Of a DNA stretch of 64,000 bases, positions 37,629 through 48,700 are shown one piece after another. The notes under the pieces were generated by a model. That model saw nothing but the letters and a program-made list of their open reading frames with translations, made no database searches and was not told where the DNA came from. The stretch is from Acidobacteriota bacterium (lineage in GTDB: Bacteria; Acidobacteriota; UBA6911): the NCBI GenBank assembly GCA_963664705.1, contig OY761556.1, positions 5,920,001-5,984,000 of the forward strand, in the 5' to 3' direction. The first letter of the stretch is position 1, and the number at the start of each line of letters is the position of its first letter. The position numbers and the translations under genes are program-made.

Positions 37629-38900
37629 CTATACGTTCTCTTTCAGCCAGCCTATGTTCGCTCGATGCGCCACAGATTTATTAATCTGAAGCGCCGGCGC
37701 ATGAAGATACCGGAGGAAGCTGCGGAAACAATGAATCAGGGCTTGCTTCATTGTCGAAGTCAGTTTGATGTCGTGTTCCCACCACCAATTCTTAACGTGC
37801 AGGGTGCCGTCTTCCATACGACCCGGCTCGAAGCGGGCAATGAATCGGTCGCCATAGAGGATGGGCAAGACATAATAGCCAAATCTCCTTTCCGATAATG
37901 GCTTATACACCTCCCAGACATAGTCGAAACCGAACAGGGCGCGCACAAGGTTGCGGTCCCATAGAAGATTATCCAGCGGAGCAATAATGGTAGCTCGCGG
38001 TAAAGGGCTTCGCACTGCGCTGACTTGATCCAGTGTCGGCCGGTCTCTGGCAGCCATATACAGAGGGACATCCAGCTCTTTCACGTGAACTCTGAGCACC
38101 TTTCTGCCTTCATGCAGGCGGGTGAGGGCGCGGCATCGCTCCGGCGTCTTCGCACCGATAATTTCCAGCCATGCGTCGCCGGAACGTGCCCAGAGCAGTC
38201 CGATTCCACGCAATCTTCTCAGAATGTGCCAGTCGTGATAGTCCTCCACCGATGAGTGTGGATCAGGCGTGGACAAGAGCCCGCGAGGGATGTGCCGTTC
38301 AGCCAGGTCGTAGAATCTTCGTGTATGCACGCGATGGTGGATAACGAGGTCTCCTCTCCAGAACATGCTCTCCAGCGCAGCGCGGGAAATGCGTGCGGGA
38401 CCCCAGGGCCACAATACTTTTTCATCGTGTTCGAGATCGATCGAGGATAACGGGCCCTGCGCCTGAATCTTTGCATATACATCCGATAGAATCCGGTCTG
38501 CATCATCGCTGTCCTGCAAGCGAAGTCGTCGGGCTATGGCGCGCCGCCTGTGGAAATAGGGCCAGTCCTCCAGCGGATAAAGGGACATTTGCTTGTCCCA
38601 ACCCTCCACCAGCACTCGCTTCTCATACAGAAGCTTGTCCAACAGGGAAGGGGCAAAATCGGATACCCGGGACTGCATAACCAGCTGATGATTGTGCCCG
38701 ACAATGTTCAGCGGGTCGTACTGGATGCAGCGCACACTTCGCAGGAAGGAAAGGGCGCCTTCTTCACCCTTCAGATTGCGCGGAGGCCAGAGCGATTGAT
38801 GCATCAGGATAAAGCGACGCGCCTCTGCCATGGAAAGAGTAATGTCCGTGCCGGAAAATTTTTTCTTCGGGTTTATACCGGCTGTTTCCTTCGATGGCAT
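37629..38900 (-). CDS. YcaQ-like winged-helix DNA glycosylase (HTH_42 family)
   Basis: IQYDPLN (QxD motif), APLDNLLWDR, WEVYKP...RRFGYYVLPIL. Confidence 0.88.
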   Translation of the reverse strand: MPSKETAGINPKKKFSGTDITLSMAEARRFILMHQSLWPPRNLKGEEGALSFLRSVRCIQYDPLNIVGHNHQLVMQSRVSDFAPSLLDKLLYEKRVLVEGWDKQMSLYPLEDWPYFHRRRAIARRLRLQDSDDADRILSDVYAKIQAQGPLSSIDLEHDEKVLWPWGPARISRAALESMFWRGDLVIHHRVHTRRFYDLAERHIPRGLLSTPDPHSSVEDYHDWHILRRLRGIGLLWARSGDAWLEIIGAKTPERCRALTRLHEGRKVLRVHVKELDVPLYMAARDRPTLDQVSAVRSPLPRATIIAPLDNLLWDRNLVRALFGFDYVWEVYKPLSERRFGYYVLPILYGDRFIARFEPGRMEDGTLHVKNWWWEHDIKLTSTMKQALIHCFRSFLRYLHAPALQINKSVAHRANIGWLKENV

Positions 38901-39082
38901 AGTGTCTCTCTGGCGGGTGGCAGTATAGCACGGCGCACTGGGAGCGCCGCTGTTCCTGCGGCATCAGCGCCATGGAAGCGGCCGCGCTTTTGCCGGCGCG
39001 CCGCCGCTCGAAAAAAGGTAAATGTCATTAGACGAGATGCCGGGGTTCCCAAGGGTGGATTTTAGAAGCCTAGCAGCAGGCT

Positions 39083-39925
39083 CTAAAAACAGATCCTTTG
39101 CGACATTTCCCCGCTTAAGGTGGCGCTTTTCCCCGGTATGCAGGGCAGTTGCTTTTGGCGTTTCGTGCTTTCCCTGGCCGCCCGTTCCCGCTCGAGCAGC
39201 AGAATAAATGCGTAATTCTCTGAGAGGATTTTTGTCTGAAAGCCGCTGCTCCAGAGCCATCCGGCGCCGATGTGTTCCCAATTTGTTTGATTCCGTGTTT
39301 CTCTGGATCGCATGAAAAGATCGAGAGATCTTGCGGCCGCCCAGTTGTGCAATCTATCCATTTTCTTTCGATCGAAGCGTGTGGCGACGAGCCGATCTTG
39401 GAGAATCACCGATTTGCCGCTGCCTATATCGATTTTCGAGTTTCCGCTCTCGGCGGCCGCATCGCCCTTATAGACGAGCAATGTGCGCGCTGCGGCATCG
39501 ATGCGATATACCCCCTCTTTCCTGAGTTCGGCATGACCGCCCGCGATTTGCACCTGCAGCCGACTCGCTTTGGTCCTCTCCACTATTTCGATCATTAAAG
39601 AGCCTTTTTCCAGCATCAGGCGTACATTGTTGAATTCGCAGCGGTCCATATGAAGGCTGCTGTTTTCGCCCAGCCAGAGATAGGTGTTCGGGGCGAGGAC
39701 CAATTCCGCTTGTCCATCTTTGGTAGACAATCGGGTGCCGCTCCCGATACTGGCCGGCACCTGACTGTTGGCCAGCCTTTCGGCGTCGTTCAGGAACACA
39801 TCCCCTTTGACATAGTCAATGAGTCCGGATTGCAGGCTGATCATTTGCTGAGCAAGCGCGGGATTCATCCGGACCAAAAAGAGTCCCAGAATCAGCAATA
39901 CCCCACGGGAAAGGACTGAAAGCAT
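39083..39925 (-). CDS. FecR-domain secreted protein
   Basis: Signal peptide, LSTKDGQAELVL...LWLGENS, GVYRIDA. Confidence 0.75.
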   Translation of the reverse strand: MLSVLSRGVLLILGLFLVRMNPALAQQMISLQSGLIDYVKGDVFLNDAERLANSQVPASIGSGTRLSTKDGQAELVLAPNTYLWLGENSSLHMDRCEFNNVRLMLEKGSLMIEIVERTKASRLQVQIAGGHAELRKEGVYRIDAAARTLLVYKGDAAAESGNSKIDIGSGKSVILQDRLVATRFDRKKMDRLHNWAAARSLDLFMRSRETRNQTNWEHIGAGWLWSSGFQTKILSENYAFILLLERERAARESTKRQKQLPCIPGKSATLSGEMSQRICF

Positions 39926-40159
39926 CTTGTCTCCGCTTCTCCCTGCGCAAGGGGATCGAGGTCCGCGCATGATGCAGGAAACAGATTCAGATAATACAGG
40001 ATTATGATACTTAGATGTTGGATGTCAGTGAAAGCAATTCTGTTCAAAAATGGTAAGACAAGGCATAAAGCAAAAATGAAATTGCTTGTCGGGCAGCCCG
40101 TCCGATGTGGGCACAGGAGCGCTGCGCCAGGGACGAAGTTCACTTGAGGTATTGGTGCC

Positions 40160-40210
40160 ATTCGTGAAATTCGTGGCAGATTTGTTTTGTTTTGCCACGA
40201 ATTCACGAAT
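40160..40210. terminator. Hairpin downstream of the cupin-like gene (possible terminator or empty repeat element)
   Basis: ATTCGTGAAATTCGTGGCA ... TGCCACGAATTCACGAAT inverted repeat. Confidence 0.55.
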
Positions 40211-40233
40211 TAGCGGACAGGTCGGTGTAGCTG

Positions 40234-40710
40234 CTACTTTTTGTTATTTAACGCCTGGTATGTAGGACGCATAACACTTGCGATTTTTTCCGGACGGACC
40301 GACGCTTCCTGTGTGATGCTGGCATCGATGAAGATAAAGGGTTTGCCGACGCGCTTGATGTTCAACGGGCAATGCTTGGTACCCTTGGGAACAAAAATGT
40401 AGCAGGGATAGTTGATCTTCAGAATCTCTTCGCCCAAGGTAAATTCAATATCCGCATCGAACTCGGAAAAAACTTCAGCGCCGAGAAGATAAATCCACTG
40501 GTCAAATGGATGTATGTGGGTGGGGCTCCCGAGTATGTCCGGTTCGGTGATATGGGCGAAGCCCATCGCCAGGGCGGATTCCGGGATTTCCGCCGGGCCC
40601 AGGCCGGTCACCATCGGTTTGGCAATGGTGTCATGAATTGATTTCCAGGGCTTCAATTCAAATACCGTCGCTTCCCGCTTAACGTTCTCAATTTTGGGCA
40701 TGTCAGCCAT
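40234..40710 (-). CDS. Cupin-like hypothetical protein
   Basis: HIHPFDQ, FVPKGTKHCPL; paralogous to 57666..58103. Confidence 0.75.
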   Translation of the reverse strand: MADMPKIENVKREATVFELKPWKSIHDTIAKPMVTGLGPAEIPESALAMGFAHITEPDILGSPTHIHPFDQWIYLLGAEVFSEFDADIEFTLGEEILKINYPCYIFVPKGTKHCPLNIKRVGKPFIFIDASITQEASVRPEKIASVMRPTYQALNNKK

Positions 40711-40916
40711 AACTCTCTCCGATCAAGGTTTCATTTGTTGGCTTGAATTTCTGTCGACGATTCTACTACAGGTGTGATCGGCAAGGCGACAATTCGTGAA
40801 CTGGCGACAAAAAGGGGGCCCCGCACCGGCCGCCAATTGCTCTAATTTTGAGAAGTCTGTCTTTTGATTTCAGGGTTTGGGCGTATGATGTCTTATTACC
40901 TCAAACAGGGGAAGAC

Positions 40917-41705
40917 ATGCGCTACGAAGAATTCCGGGAACAACTGCAAATCGCCCTTCAGAGTGTAGGCCTGTTTGGAAAGCGAATAGGCAATCCTATT
41001 GAAACTCTGGACCTGGAAAGTACCGTCCGACGCTGGAAGGTTTACATCATGGGAAGCGCGACCGCCAACACCGCCCCTTTCCACGTTGCGCTGAAGATTG
41101 CCTTTAACTGGGACCCATTCAATACCGCCCGGGCATATACCTGCGAGGAAGATCTGCTGACGGAGCTTCTCGGCAGAACCAAAAATTTCCCAAAGACGGA
41201 GCCGAGATTTATCCGCATTGACTTTGATCTGCAGGCGCGGCTTCCCTATGGCGCAACGGCTTTGCCTCCAGAGGGAAAAATTCTTGGTCCCTGGGCCGGT
41301 TCAATTCATCAAAAACTCGGCAAGGTGTTTTCTGAGAGCAAGTGGCGTCAGGGCCATATTGTCTCCGTGCTCGGCGCCCTGGAAGACATTACCATCGAAT
41401 CACAGTGCGATAGCGCAGGCCGCCTCTCCATGGTCGGGTTGGGCGTTGCAGGTTTCCGCATGATACGCTTGCCACGAATTTGGGATAGCCCTGCCCGACG
41501 GGATGCGGAGAATGATGCAACCGCCGAGCTGTCGCAGCTAGCCAAAAAATTCGAATATTCTCTGGAAGAGTGGAGCGCAAGCATCGCAGAACTTGCACTA
41601 TGGACCGATCATACGCTTTCCTCGCCGCGGGTAGAGAAGATCGATCCGGAGTTCGAAAGCCCCGGTCATGATAAAGAAGATGACGGCCCCGAGACGATCC
41701 ACTAA
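40917..41705 (+). CDS. Hypothetical protein
   Basis: Long ORF with GGGGAAG RBS before ATG 40917; no motif recognised. Confidence 0.7.
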   Translation: MRYEEFREQLQIALQSVGLFGKRIGNPIETLDLESTVRRWKVYIMGSATANTAPFHVALKIAFNWDPFNTARAYTCEEDLLTELLGRTKNFPKTEPRFIRIDFDLQARLPYGATALPPEGKILGPWAGSIHQKLGKVFSESKWRQGHIVSVLGALEDITIESQCDSAGRLSMVGLGVAGFRMIRLPRIWDSPARRDAENDATAELSQLAKKFEYSLEEWSASIAELALWTDHTLSSPRVEKIDPEFESPGHDKEDDGPETIH

Positions 41706-42631
41706 ATCAATGATCTTGAGAAAGTGCTGCTGAAACGCAATCCAGATACCTTCCCGCTGGAATCAAAAAGGATTCCAATCTCCGGTGTCACCGCTGTTCC
41801 GGTGACTGAGCATTTAAAACGATAGATGCAGATCCGTGGATAACCAAAACGCCCGGTTATGGATTCCACGAATGTGATCTCCTTGCATTGACCGTAATTG
41901 CCGCTAAATTGCTTGAAGAGTCTTTCCTGCATTTGAGGACTCAATGCCTTGCGCATATCTGCATTGAAAGCCGCCGGAGCAGACTCGAAAGTGCCCGATT
42001 TCCACTTTTCATACAGGGTGTTCCAGATGAGCCTCGCTCGCATGGCCTGTGCCTGATCGGCTTCGAAGGCAGGAGTATGCTTGAATATGACCCTTTCACT
42101 ATCAAGATTGGCCAGGACAAACGCGCTGCCAAGTATGGCCAGGATGTATCCGCCGGAAAGCACCAGCTTTTTAGCCGGGGAGGCGATTCTGTTGCACACG
42201 GGAGGCACAAGGCAAAACAGTATGGCGGCAATATCGAGCGCAAACCAGTATCTGAAGGGAATGTAATAGTGTCCAATGATCAATCTTCCAAATGGGGCAT
42301 ATAGATTGATGCCCCCGGCGATCATGTCGCAAAAGAGATGAAAGGCAGTCGCGAAATAGCAGCAAAAGAACAGCCCGCGTAATCGGCTGAATTGGCGTGA
42401 AAGCAATAGGACGGTCAGCAGCCCCAGGAGAAGGAACGAAAGCGAGTGGGCGAAGCTGCCATATCGATCCTCCAGTCCCGTATGTGGAGACAGTATATCC
42501 GGGAGTCCGCCACATATTCCGATAATCAGAATCTGCTTCCAGCTGAAAAGGCGAGGTTTATTGCCGGGCCTGCATGTCTCTGTAAATTGAACGGATGCTA
42601 TGGGGAAGAGGATGTGCGCCACAATATTCAT
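41702..42631 (-). CDS. YdjM-like membrane metal-dependent hydrolase with C-terminal DUF3887-like domain
   Basis: AH...LPDIL...AHSL...HLFCD motifs; soluble C-terminal domain ending KVSGLRF. Confidence 0.7.
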   Translation of the reverse strand: MNIVAHILFPIASVQFTETCRPGNKPRLFSWKQILIIGICGGLPDILSPHTGLEDRYGSFAHSLSFLLLGLLTVLLLSRQFSRLRGLFFCCYFATAFHLFCDMIAGGINLYAPFGRLIIGHYYIPFRYWFALDIAAILFCLVPPVCNRIASPAKKLVLSGGYILAILGSAFVLANLDSERVIFKHTPAFEADQAQAMRARLIWNTLYEKWKSGTFESAPAAFNADMRKALSPQMQERLFKQFSGNYGQCKEITFVESITGRFGYPRICIYRFKCSVTGTAVTPEIGILFDSSGKVSGLRFSSTFSRSLI

Positions 42632-42815
42632 TGCCTGTTGCTATCTCCTCGCGTAATTTGCCGAAACCGGCGAGAGCCTTTGTATGGCGGCTGGGGTCAA
42701 ATCGATATCGTCCGATTCCGGATTCGGGATTTCAGATTCCAGACTTAGCGCATCAGGAGCGCCGGGCGGTCCCAGCGTTGTGCTGTCAAAGGCAACCATT
42801 ATCGGCAGAAAACCG

Positions 42816-43082
42816 CTACTGCGAATTGCGACGTCGCGCACCGCCGCCCCATATTCCCAAATCCACTCCGGCCGCTACGACCAGCAGGACAATCTCCAAG
42901 ATGTTTAACCCATGAGGCGAGACCAGGGTATAGGTCAAAGTTGTCCAGGGCATGAAAAAGAAACCAAGCAGCGGCAGGAGACTTCCTCCGAAGGCAGCCG
43001 AAATGCGGCGGGTAAACAGCCACATTAAAAAAAGTGCAGCGCGAGGTGCGAATGCAAATGCAAGAATGATCCAGCAGCACAT
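42816..43082 (-). CDS. Small membrane protein
   Basis: MCC...PRAAL...LLGFFFMPWTTLTY...D pattern, hydrophobic. Confidence 0.7.
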   Translation of the reverse strand: MCCWIILAFAFAPRAALFLMWLFTRRISAAFGGSLLPLLGFFFMPWTTLTYTLVSPHGLNILEIVLLVVAAGVDLGIWGGGARRRNSQ

Positions 43083-43339
43083 AATCTGTCCCTGTGGCTC
43101 TAAGCATGGTATCAGAGTTCAGGAGGGATGCCTGCGAAATTTGAGACGAATTTTTTGACTCCTTGCCCAATCATTTCAAAAAATCAACCGGGATATCTCC
43201 CTACTACATTCACTCCCCCGGCTTCGCTATAATTCATTGAGTTGCCTCGGTGTTCTTGGCTCGTCATTAACCCAGAGTGACAAAAGATTTCCGAGACACC
43301 CCCCCATCTCGGAAGACGAGCATTATGAAAGGAGAAGAT

Positions 43340-43663
43340 ATGAGGTCTGGTTTGAAAATCGCTTTTTGCGTTGCTGTTCTCACGGCATTGGTTCTAACGG
43401 TGGGGGCACAGAATAAGGAAACAAAATTGACCGGCAAAATAACATGCGCAAAGTGTGACCTGAAGCTTGAAAAGGAATGCGCGACCGTTATCGTGGTCCC
43501 TGAAAATGGCAAGGATGCTGTGTATTATCTGGATGCGAAGTCTTCCAAGGCGAACCATGATGTCATCTGCCAGGTTCCCAAGCAGGGTTCTGTGACCGGA
43601 GTGGTTTCGGAAAAAGGCGGCAAGAAGACAATTACCGCGACGAAGGTTGAATTCCAGAAATAG
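43340..43663 (+). CDS. Small secreted Cys-containing protein (DUF6370-like)
   Basis: AAGGAGA RBS, signal peptide, GKITCAKCDLK...C...HDVIC. Confidence 0.75.
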   Translation: MRSGLKIAFCVAVLTALVLTVGAQNKETKLTGKITCAKCDLKLEKECATVIVVPENGKDAVYYLDAKSSKANHDVICQVPKQGSVTGVVSEKGGKKTITATKVEFQK

Positions 43664-43810
43664 GTTGTTTCCCCGCGGTTGCGTGGTAGACAGGCATGCC
43701 TGCACCTATCAAGACGCATCCATTATTTTGTTAAATTCCGGAGCCTTGGCGATCCTGCGGTATCGAACGGAAATCCAAGGCTCCGGCTGAGAAGAATCAT
43801 GCTCCGCTAC

Positions 43811-44623
43811 CTAGCCACGAGACCTGCTTCCGCGGCATTTGATTCCGACAAGCCCAATCAGACCCGCTCCCAGAAGGAACATGCTTCCGGGCTCCGGCAC
43901 AGGAGTGGAGTAGGTGATACTGCCAAATCCAAACTGGCGGTTGGGGGTCGAGGCGCTGCCATAGGTTTGCTCGACGGCTAGACCGGTTATGTGTTCATCC
44001 GCATAATTCCCCTGGTTGAGCATGTAGTTGATCCAATAGCCCCAGTTCAAGTTATCGGGAGAGGGATTCCCCAGGGGATTCGGACTCAACGCGCCCGCAT
44101 TCACATCCAGACTAAGCAATTCGCCGCTTGCAATATGCAGAAACAGCCTGATGCTGTCCGCCGGGGCGCCGGAGCCTCCTGAAGCGAGGGCATTTGTCCC
44201 CAGAAGCTTGAAGGATAGATCCGTGGCAGCGTAGGTATTGCCAAAGAGAACTGTATTTTTCGGATCTTGTGGTAAATCAAAGTTTAATATCAGTGCTTCG
44301 CGGAAAGTAATAGGGCTATCCGAGCTGCTGGTTCCGACTCCGAGTCCCACATAGGGGGCAGGAGGGGCAACTGGATTCGTGGTTGCAGTTGTTCCCAGGT
44401 AACCCAGCGTGCCCCAGTAAACGCTGGAAGCTGCACCGGTACCTTGCTGAAATGGGTTTTGCGATATATTGCCCATTGTCTTGGCGGTAATGGTCAATCC
44501 TGGGAAAAGGAGCTGGGAAGAGGATGCATCTGTCGCGCCCAAATTGAAAGAAATGGTGGCGGCCCAGGCCGATCCCGTGAATAACATCAATAGTGCACTT
44601 GCGAATAGCCGCGCGAATCTCAT
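43811..44623 (-). CDS. PEP-CTERM sorting-domain surface protein
   Basis: Signal peptide; C-terminal VPEPGSMFLLGAGLIGLVGIKCR. Confidence 0.9.
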   Translation of the reverse strand: MRFARLFASALLMLFTGSAWAATISFNLGATDASSSQLLFPGLTITAKTMGNISQNPFQQGTGAASSVYWGTLGYLGTTATTNPVAPPAPYVGLGVGTSSSDSPITFREALILNFDLPQDPKNTVLFGNTYAATDLSFKLLGTNALASGGSGAPADSIRLFLHIASGELLSLDVNAGALSPNPLGNPSPDNLNWGYWINYMLNQGNYADEHITGLAVEQTYGSASTPNRQFGFGSITYSTPVPEPGSMFLLGAGLIGLVGIKCRGSRSRG

Positions 44624-44956
44624 TACAGTAATCTCCCTTGGCCCTGCTCTATGCGAATATGCAGCCGAACGTTTATTGTAAAGCCTTGTTATAGCTAGGC
44701 TTTAACGATCTTGCTGCCCACCCGACGCTTTTGGCAGGCAAAATAGTTACAGCGATAAATACAAACGGACGGATTCTATTCGGGAAAAAGCCACAGGGAT
44801 ATTCGTAAGATTGCCCATTTTAAGACTGGTAATTAGTGCTATAGAACCCTATTGGCAAAATTCTTTCTCTTCGCTGTAATTTCCGGGCGGTTGGAGCGTC
44901 TTGGTAATGTTATCGGAATCCTTGGATTGGCTTTGCGGTGGAGCGGGAAGAAAAGA

Positions 44957-45550
44957 ATGCAAACGCAATCATCGACAGATGAAGGCCTGGTTAGAGACGT
45001 TCTCACGGGCGATGAGATTGCTTTTTCTCAGCTTTACGAACGCTATCGGCAACCTATTTATTCGGCAGCCTTTAGAATTATACGAAACCATGAAGATGCC
45101 CAGGATGCGGCCCAGGAAGTTGCGTATAAACTCTACCGGTCTCTTCACCAGTGGGATGTTCAAAAATCGAAACTGTCCACCTGGATCTATAAGATGACGG
45201 TTAATCATTCCATTGACTGCCATCGAGTGCGTCGCCGACGTATGGAATCCCAGTGGCCGGAGGATGGCACGGATCAGGGCGCGCATTTCGATATCCCCGA
45301 TCGCTCCGCGCGATCTGCCCTAAGCGAGATTGAAAACAAAGAGCAAATCCATGAGGTGCTGCAGTTTGCCGGTACCTTGCCCGCTCAGCAGCGGCAGATA
45401 TTTATTGCCAGGTATTTTAATGAGCATAAGCTTGAAGAAATTGCAGAAACCCAGCGCTGCAGTCTGGGCACCGTAAAATCCTCGCTCCATCGCGCCACCC
45501 ACACCCTCCGCGCCCGGGGGCGGTCTGATGCCAGTCCGTTGGTGCCGTAA
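44957..45550 (+). CDS. ECF-type RNA polymerase sigma-70 factor
   Basis: DAQDAAQEV, STWIYKMTVN, EEIAETQRCSLGTVKSSLHRA. Confidence 0.92.
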   Translation: MQTQSSTDEGLVRDVLTGDEIAFSQLYERYRQPIYSAAFRIIRNHEDAQDAAQEVAYKLYRSLHQWDVQKSKLSTWIYKMTVNHSIDCHRVRRRRMESQWPEDGTDQGAHFDIPDRSARSALSEIENKEQIHEVLQFAGTLPAQQRQIFIARYFNEHKLEEIAETQRCSLGTVKSSLHRATHTLRARGRSDASPLVP

Positions 45551-45748
45551 GACAGGCATCAAAACCGCTTGGACGATCTCTTGTGCAGGACAACCGGGAT
45601 CGGGTCCAATAACCCAAAAACAGGCTCAAGCAGGCGGCTAAGACTGTTTCAGACATGTCTTTTTGGCGTATCTTGCTGATTTTATAAATCTTTCCTTGGT
45701 CCAGCCCCTGGATTCGGCGTACACTCGGGCAAAATCAAGGACTGGCTT

Positions 45749-48700
45749 ATGTCAGACGCAAGGTCTCTTCTCCGCATGCCCGCGCGCGCATTTGCGGCCA
45801 GAATTGCCTTTTGGTATGCCGCAATCGGTGTCCTTTGGCTGCTCTGTTCTGGTTGGTTGCTGCACCATCTTATCCGAGACAATACTCTGGAATTAAAGCT
45901 TGAGTTCGTAAGTATTTGTGCGTTCATCATCCTTACTGCACTTTTGCTTGGCCTGGCTTTGAGCCATTACTTTCGCGGGAGCGAAGCTCGATACCAGGCT
46001 TTGTTTGACCAGGCGGTGGACGGGATTGTGCTCATGGCGATGGATGGAAGCGAGCTGAAAGTGAATCGCGCCTTTGCCCGCATGCATGGATATGATGCGC
46101 CCGAGGAAATGGGGTCATTGCCGATGGCTGATCTCGTTACGCCGGAGGCGGTCCGTCAAGATCCTGCATTGGCTCGCAGCCTGCTCGCAGGCGAGGCTCT
46201 GTTTCTCGAGATGGAGCACAATCGCAAAGACGGGACCCCCGTTCAGATCGATTCCACCATTTGTCGGGTGGACCTGGCAAGGAAACCCTATCTGCTCTCC
46301 TTTCATCGTGATATTTCCGAACAGAAACGCAACGAGCGTTTGCGTGCACTTCCCGGCGAAGTGCTCCGGATTCTCACTGATGGGCAGGTCTTATCCGATG
46401 CCACCCAGCGTATCCTGGATGCAATCAAAAAGCACACCGGCATCGAAGCGCTTGGGATTCGCCTGCGGCAGGGCAATGATTTTCCCTATTCCGTTGCCGA
46501 CGGTTATTCCGCGGACTTTCTGCGATCCGAGAACAGCATTACAGCCCGCCGGTCCGATGAGGATTCCTACCTGGACCGACATGGGAGAGTTCGCCTTGAA
46601 TGCACCTGCGGTCTGGTCATCTCCGGGCAGACCGATCCATCCAATGCGTCATTTACGACGGGTGGAAGTGCCTGGACAAACGATGCGCGACAGCTTCTGC
46701 AAATACCCGCCGACCAGGATCCTCGATTGCATCCGCGCAATCGGTGCGTTCACGAAGGTTTTCAATCATTGGCCTTTATCCCTATCCGAGTGCGCGACGA
46801 GATCATCGGCCTGCTGCAAATGAGTGACCGACGCAGGGATTGCTTTACCCTGGAGATGATTGGGTATCTCGAGGGGCTTGCCTCCAGTTTCGGGGTTGCT
46901 CTTCAGCGCTTGAAGGAAGAACAGGCATTGCGCGAAAGTGAGCGGCGACTGGCCACCCTTATGGCCACCCTTCCAGGGATGGCCTACCGTTGTGAGAACC
47001 TCCCCGATTGGCCGATGTCGTTTGTCAGTGAGGGCTGTTTTCCTCTGACCGGCTATTCCACTTCAGCGTTGATGAGCGATCAGCCTGCCTATGGGGATGT
47101 GATTATCGAGGCGGACCGGGAATATGTCTGGAATTCGGTTCAACAAGGTTTGCAGATGCATCAACCTTTTGAGTTGACCTATAGGATTCGATCTGCAGAC
47201 GATCGCCTCAAATGGGTTTGGGAGCGGGGCCGCGGCATCTTTGGCGACGAAGACAAGCTGCTTTTCATTGAAGGATTCATCTCGGATATCACCGAACGGA
47301 AACAAGCCGAAACCGAAATCCAGGATTCGAGAAGCTTCCTCAACAGTATCATCGAGCAGACTCCGGTACCGATGTGGATTTCCGATGACAGGGGGACCTT
47401 GATTCGATTGAACAAAGCGTGCTGCCAGACGCTGCATATCACACCCGGGGAGGTGGTCGGCAAGTACAACATCTTCCTGGACAACATTGTTTCCGAGCAG
47501 GGGAAAATGCCGCTGATCAGGTCGGTGTTTGAGGAAGGGAAAACGGTTAACTTCGATCTCGATTATGATTCTTCCCGCATTACAGACATCACTTTGAAAC
47601 AAACCGTTTCCCTCATCCTGAATATCACCGTTTTCCCTATTCGAGACAACGCCGGCAAGATTGCCAACGCGGTGATTCAATACATTGACATCACCGAACA
47701 CAAGCGGGCCGATGAGCTTCTGCACGAGAGTCTTCTGTTCCGGAGAGAGGCGGAAAAGATCGGCCAGATTGGCGCGTGGAAAGTCAGTCCAGACACCGAT
47801 TACCTGTATTGGACCGAAGGCGTGTATGAAATTCTTAAAGCTCCGCTGGACTACAAGCCGGGGCTGCAGGAGGGTTTGAAGCTGTACGATTTGGAGTCGA
47901 TTCCGGTCCTGCAATCGGCGCTCCTGACCTGCTTGAAGTATGGCACTCCCTTCAGGGTTGAAGCCGGAGTGACAACCATGACCGGCCAGCATATCTGGGC
48001 GGAGGTGCACGGCCTGAGACGGCTTGAGGAAGGAGAACAAGCTTATGTGATGGGTACGTTCCAGGATATTACGGAACGAAGGCGGCTCGAAGAACAGTAC
48101 CGTCAGTCCCAGAAGCTGGAGGCAATCGGGCAGTTGGCTGGTGGCGTGGCGCACGACTTTAACAACATTCTGGCGGCGCTCATGATGCAGCTGGATCTTC
48201 TGCAGATGCATACAGAACTGGATGCTGAAACACAGCAGGCTTTGCAGGATATGGATGTGGAGGCTCACCGGGCGGCTTCGCTTACCCGCCAATTGCTCAT
48301 GTTCAGCCGACGTTCGGTCCTTTCCGTGCGCCCGCTGGATCTGAATGAATTGATTGCAAACCTGCTCCGAATGCTAGGCCGTCTCATAGGCGAACAGATC
48401 GATATGCGGTTCAACAGCAAAGCAGGACTGCCCTTTGTGGAGGCGGATGCCGGAATGCTCGAGCAGGTTCTTGTGAATCTTGTTGTCAACGCGCGAGACG
48501 CAATGCCCAGAGGCGGGAATATCACACTCAGCACCGCGCTGGCAATCATGAGTGAACAGGAAGTTGTCGCGAACCCCAACCGCCGTCGAGGACGTTTTAT
48601 CTGCCTTGCCGTGTCCGACACCGGGATCGGCATGGATACGGATACGGTGAAGCGAGTCTTTGAGCCGTTCTTCACCACCAAGGAAGCCGGTAAAGGCACG

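Noticed and set aside
37629-38900. YcaQ/AlkZ-like glycosylase as a self-resistance gene for the RiPP
   Set aside because: It has the QxD motif of the widespread YcaQ-like subfamily, lies on the opposite strand, and is separated from the cluster by unrelated genes.
44730-44830. Possible c-di-GMP riboswitch upstream of the PEP-CTERM/ECF genes
   Set aside because: Only a fragmentary resemblance (AAAGCCACAGGG); the required GNRA tetraloop/receptor stems could not be built.
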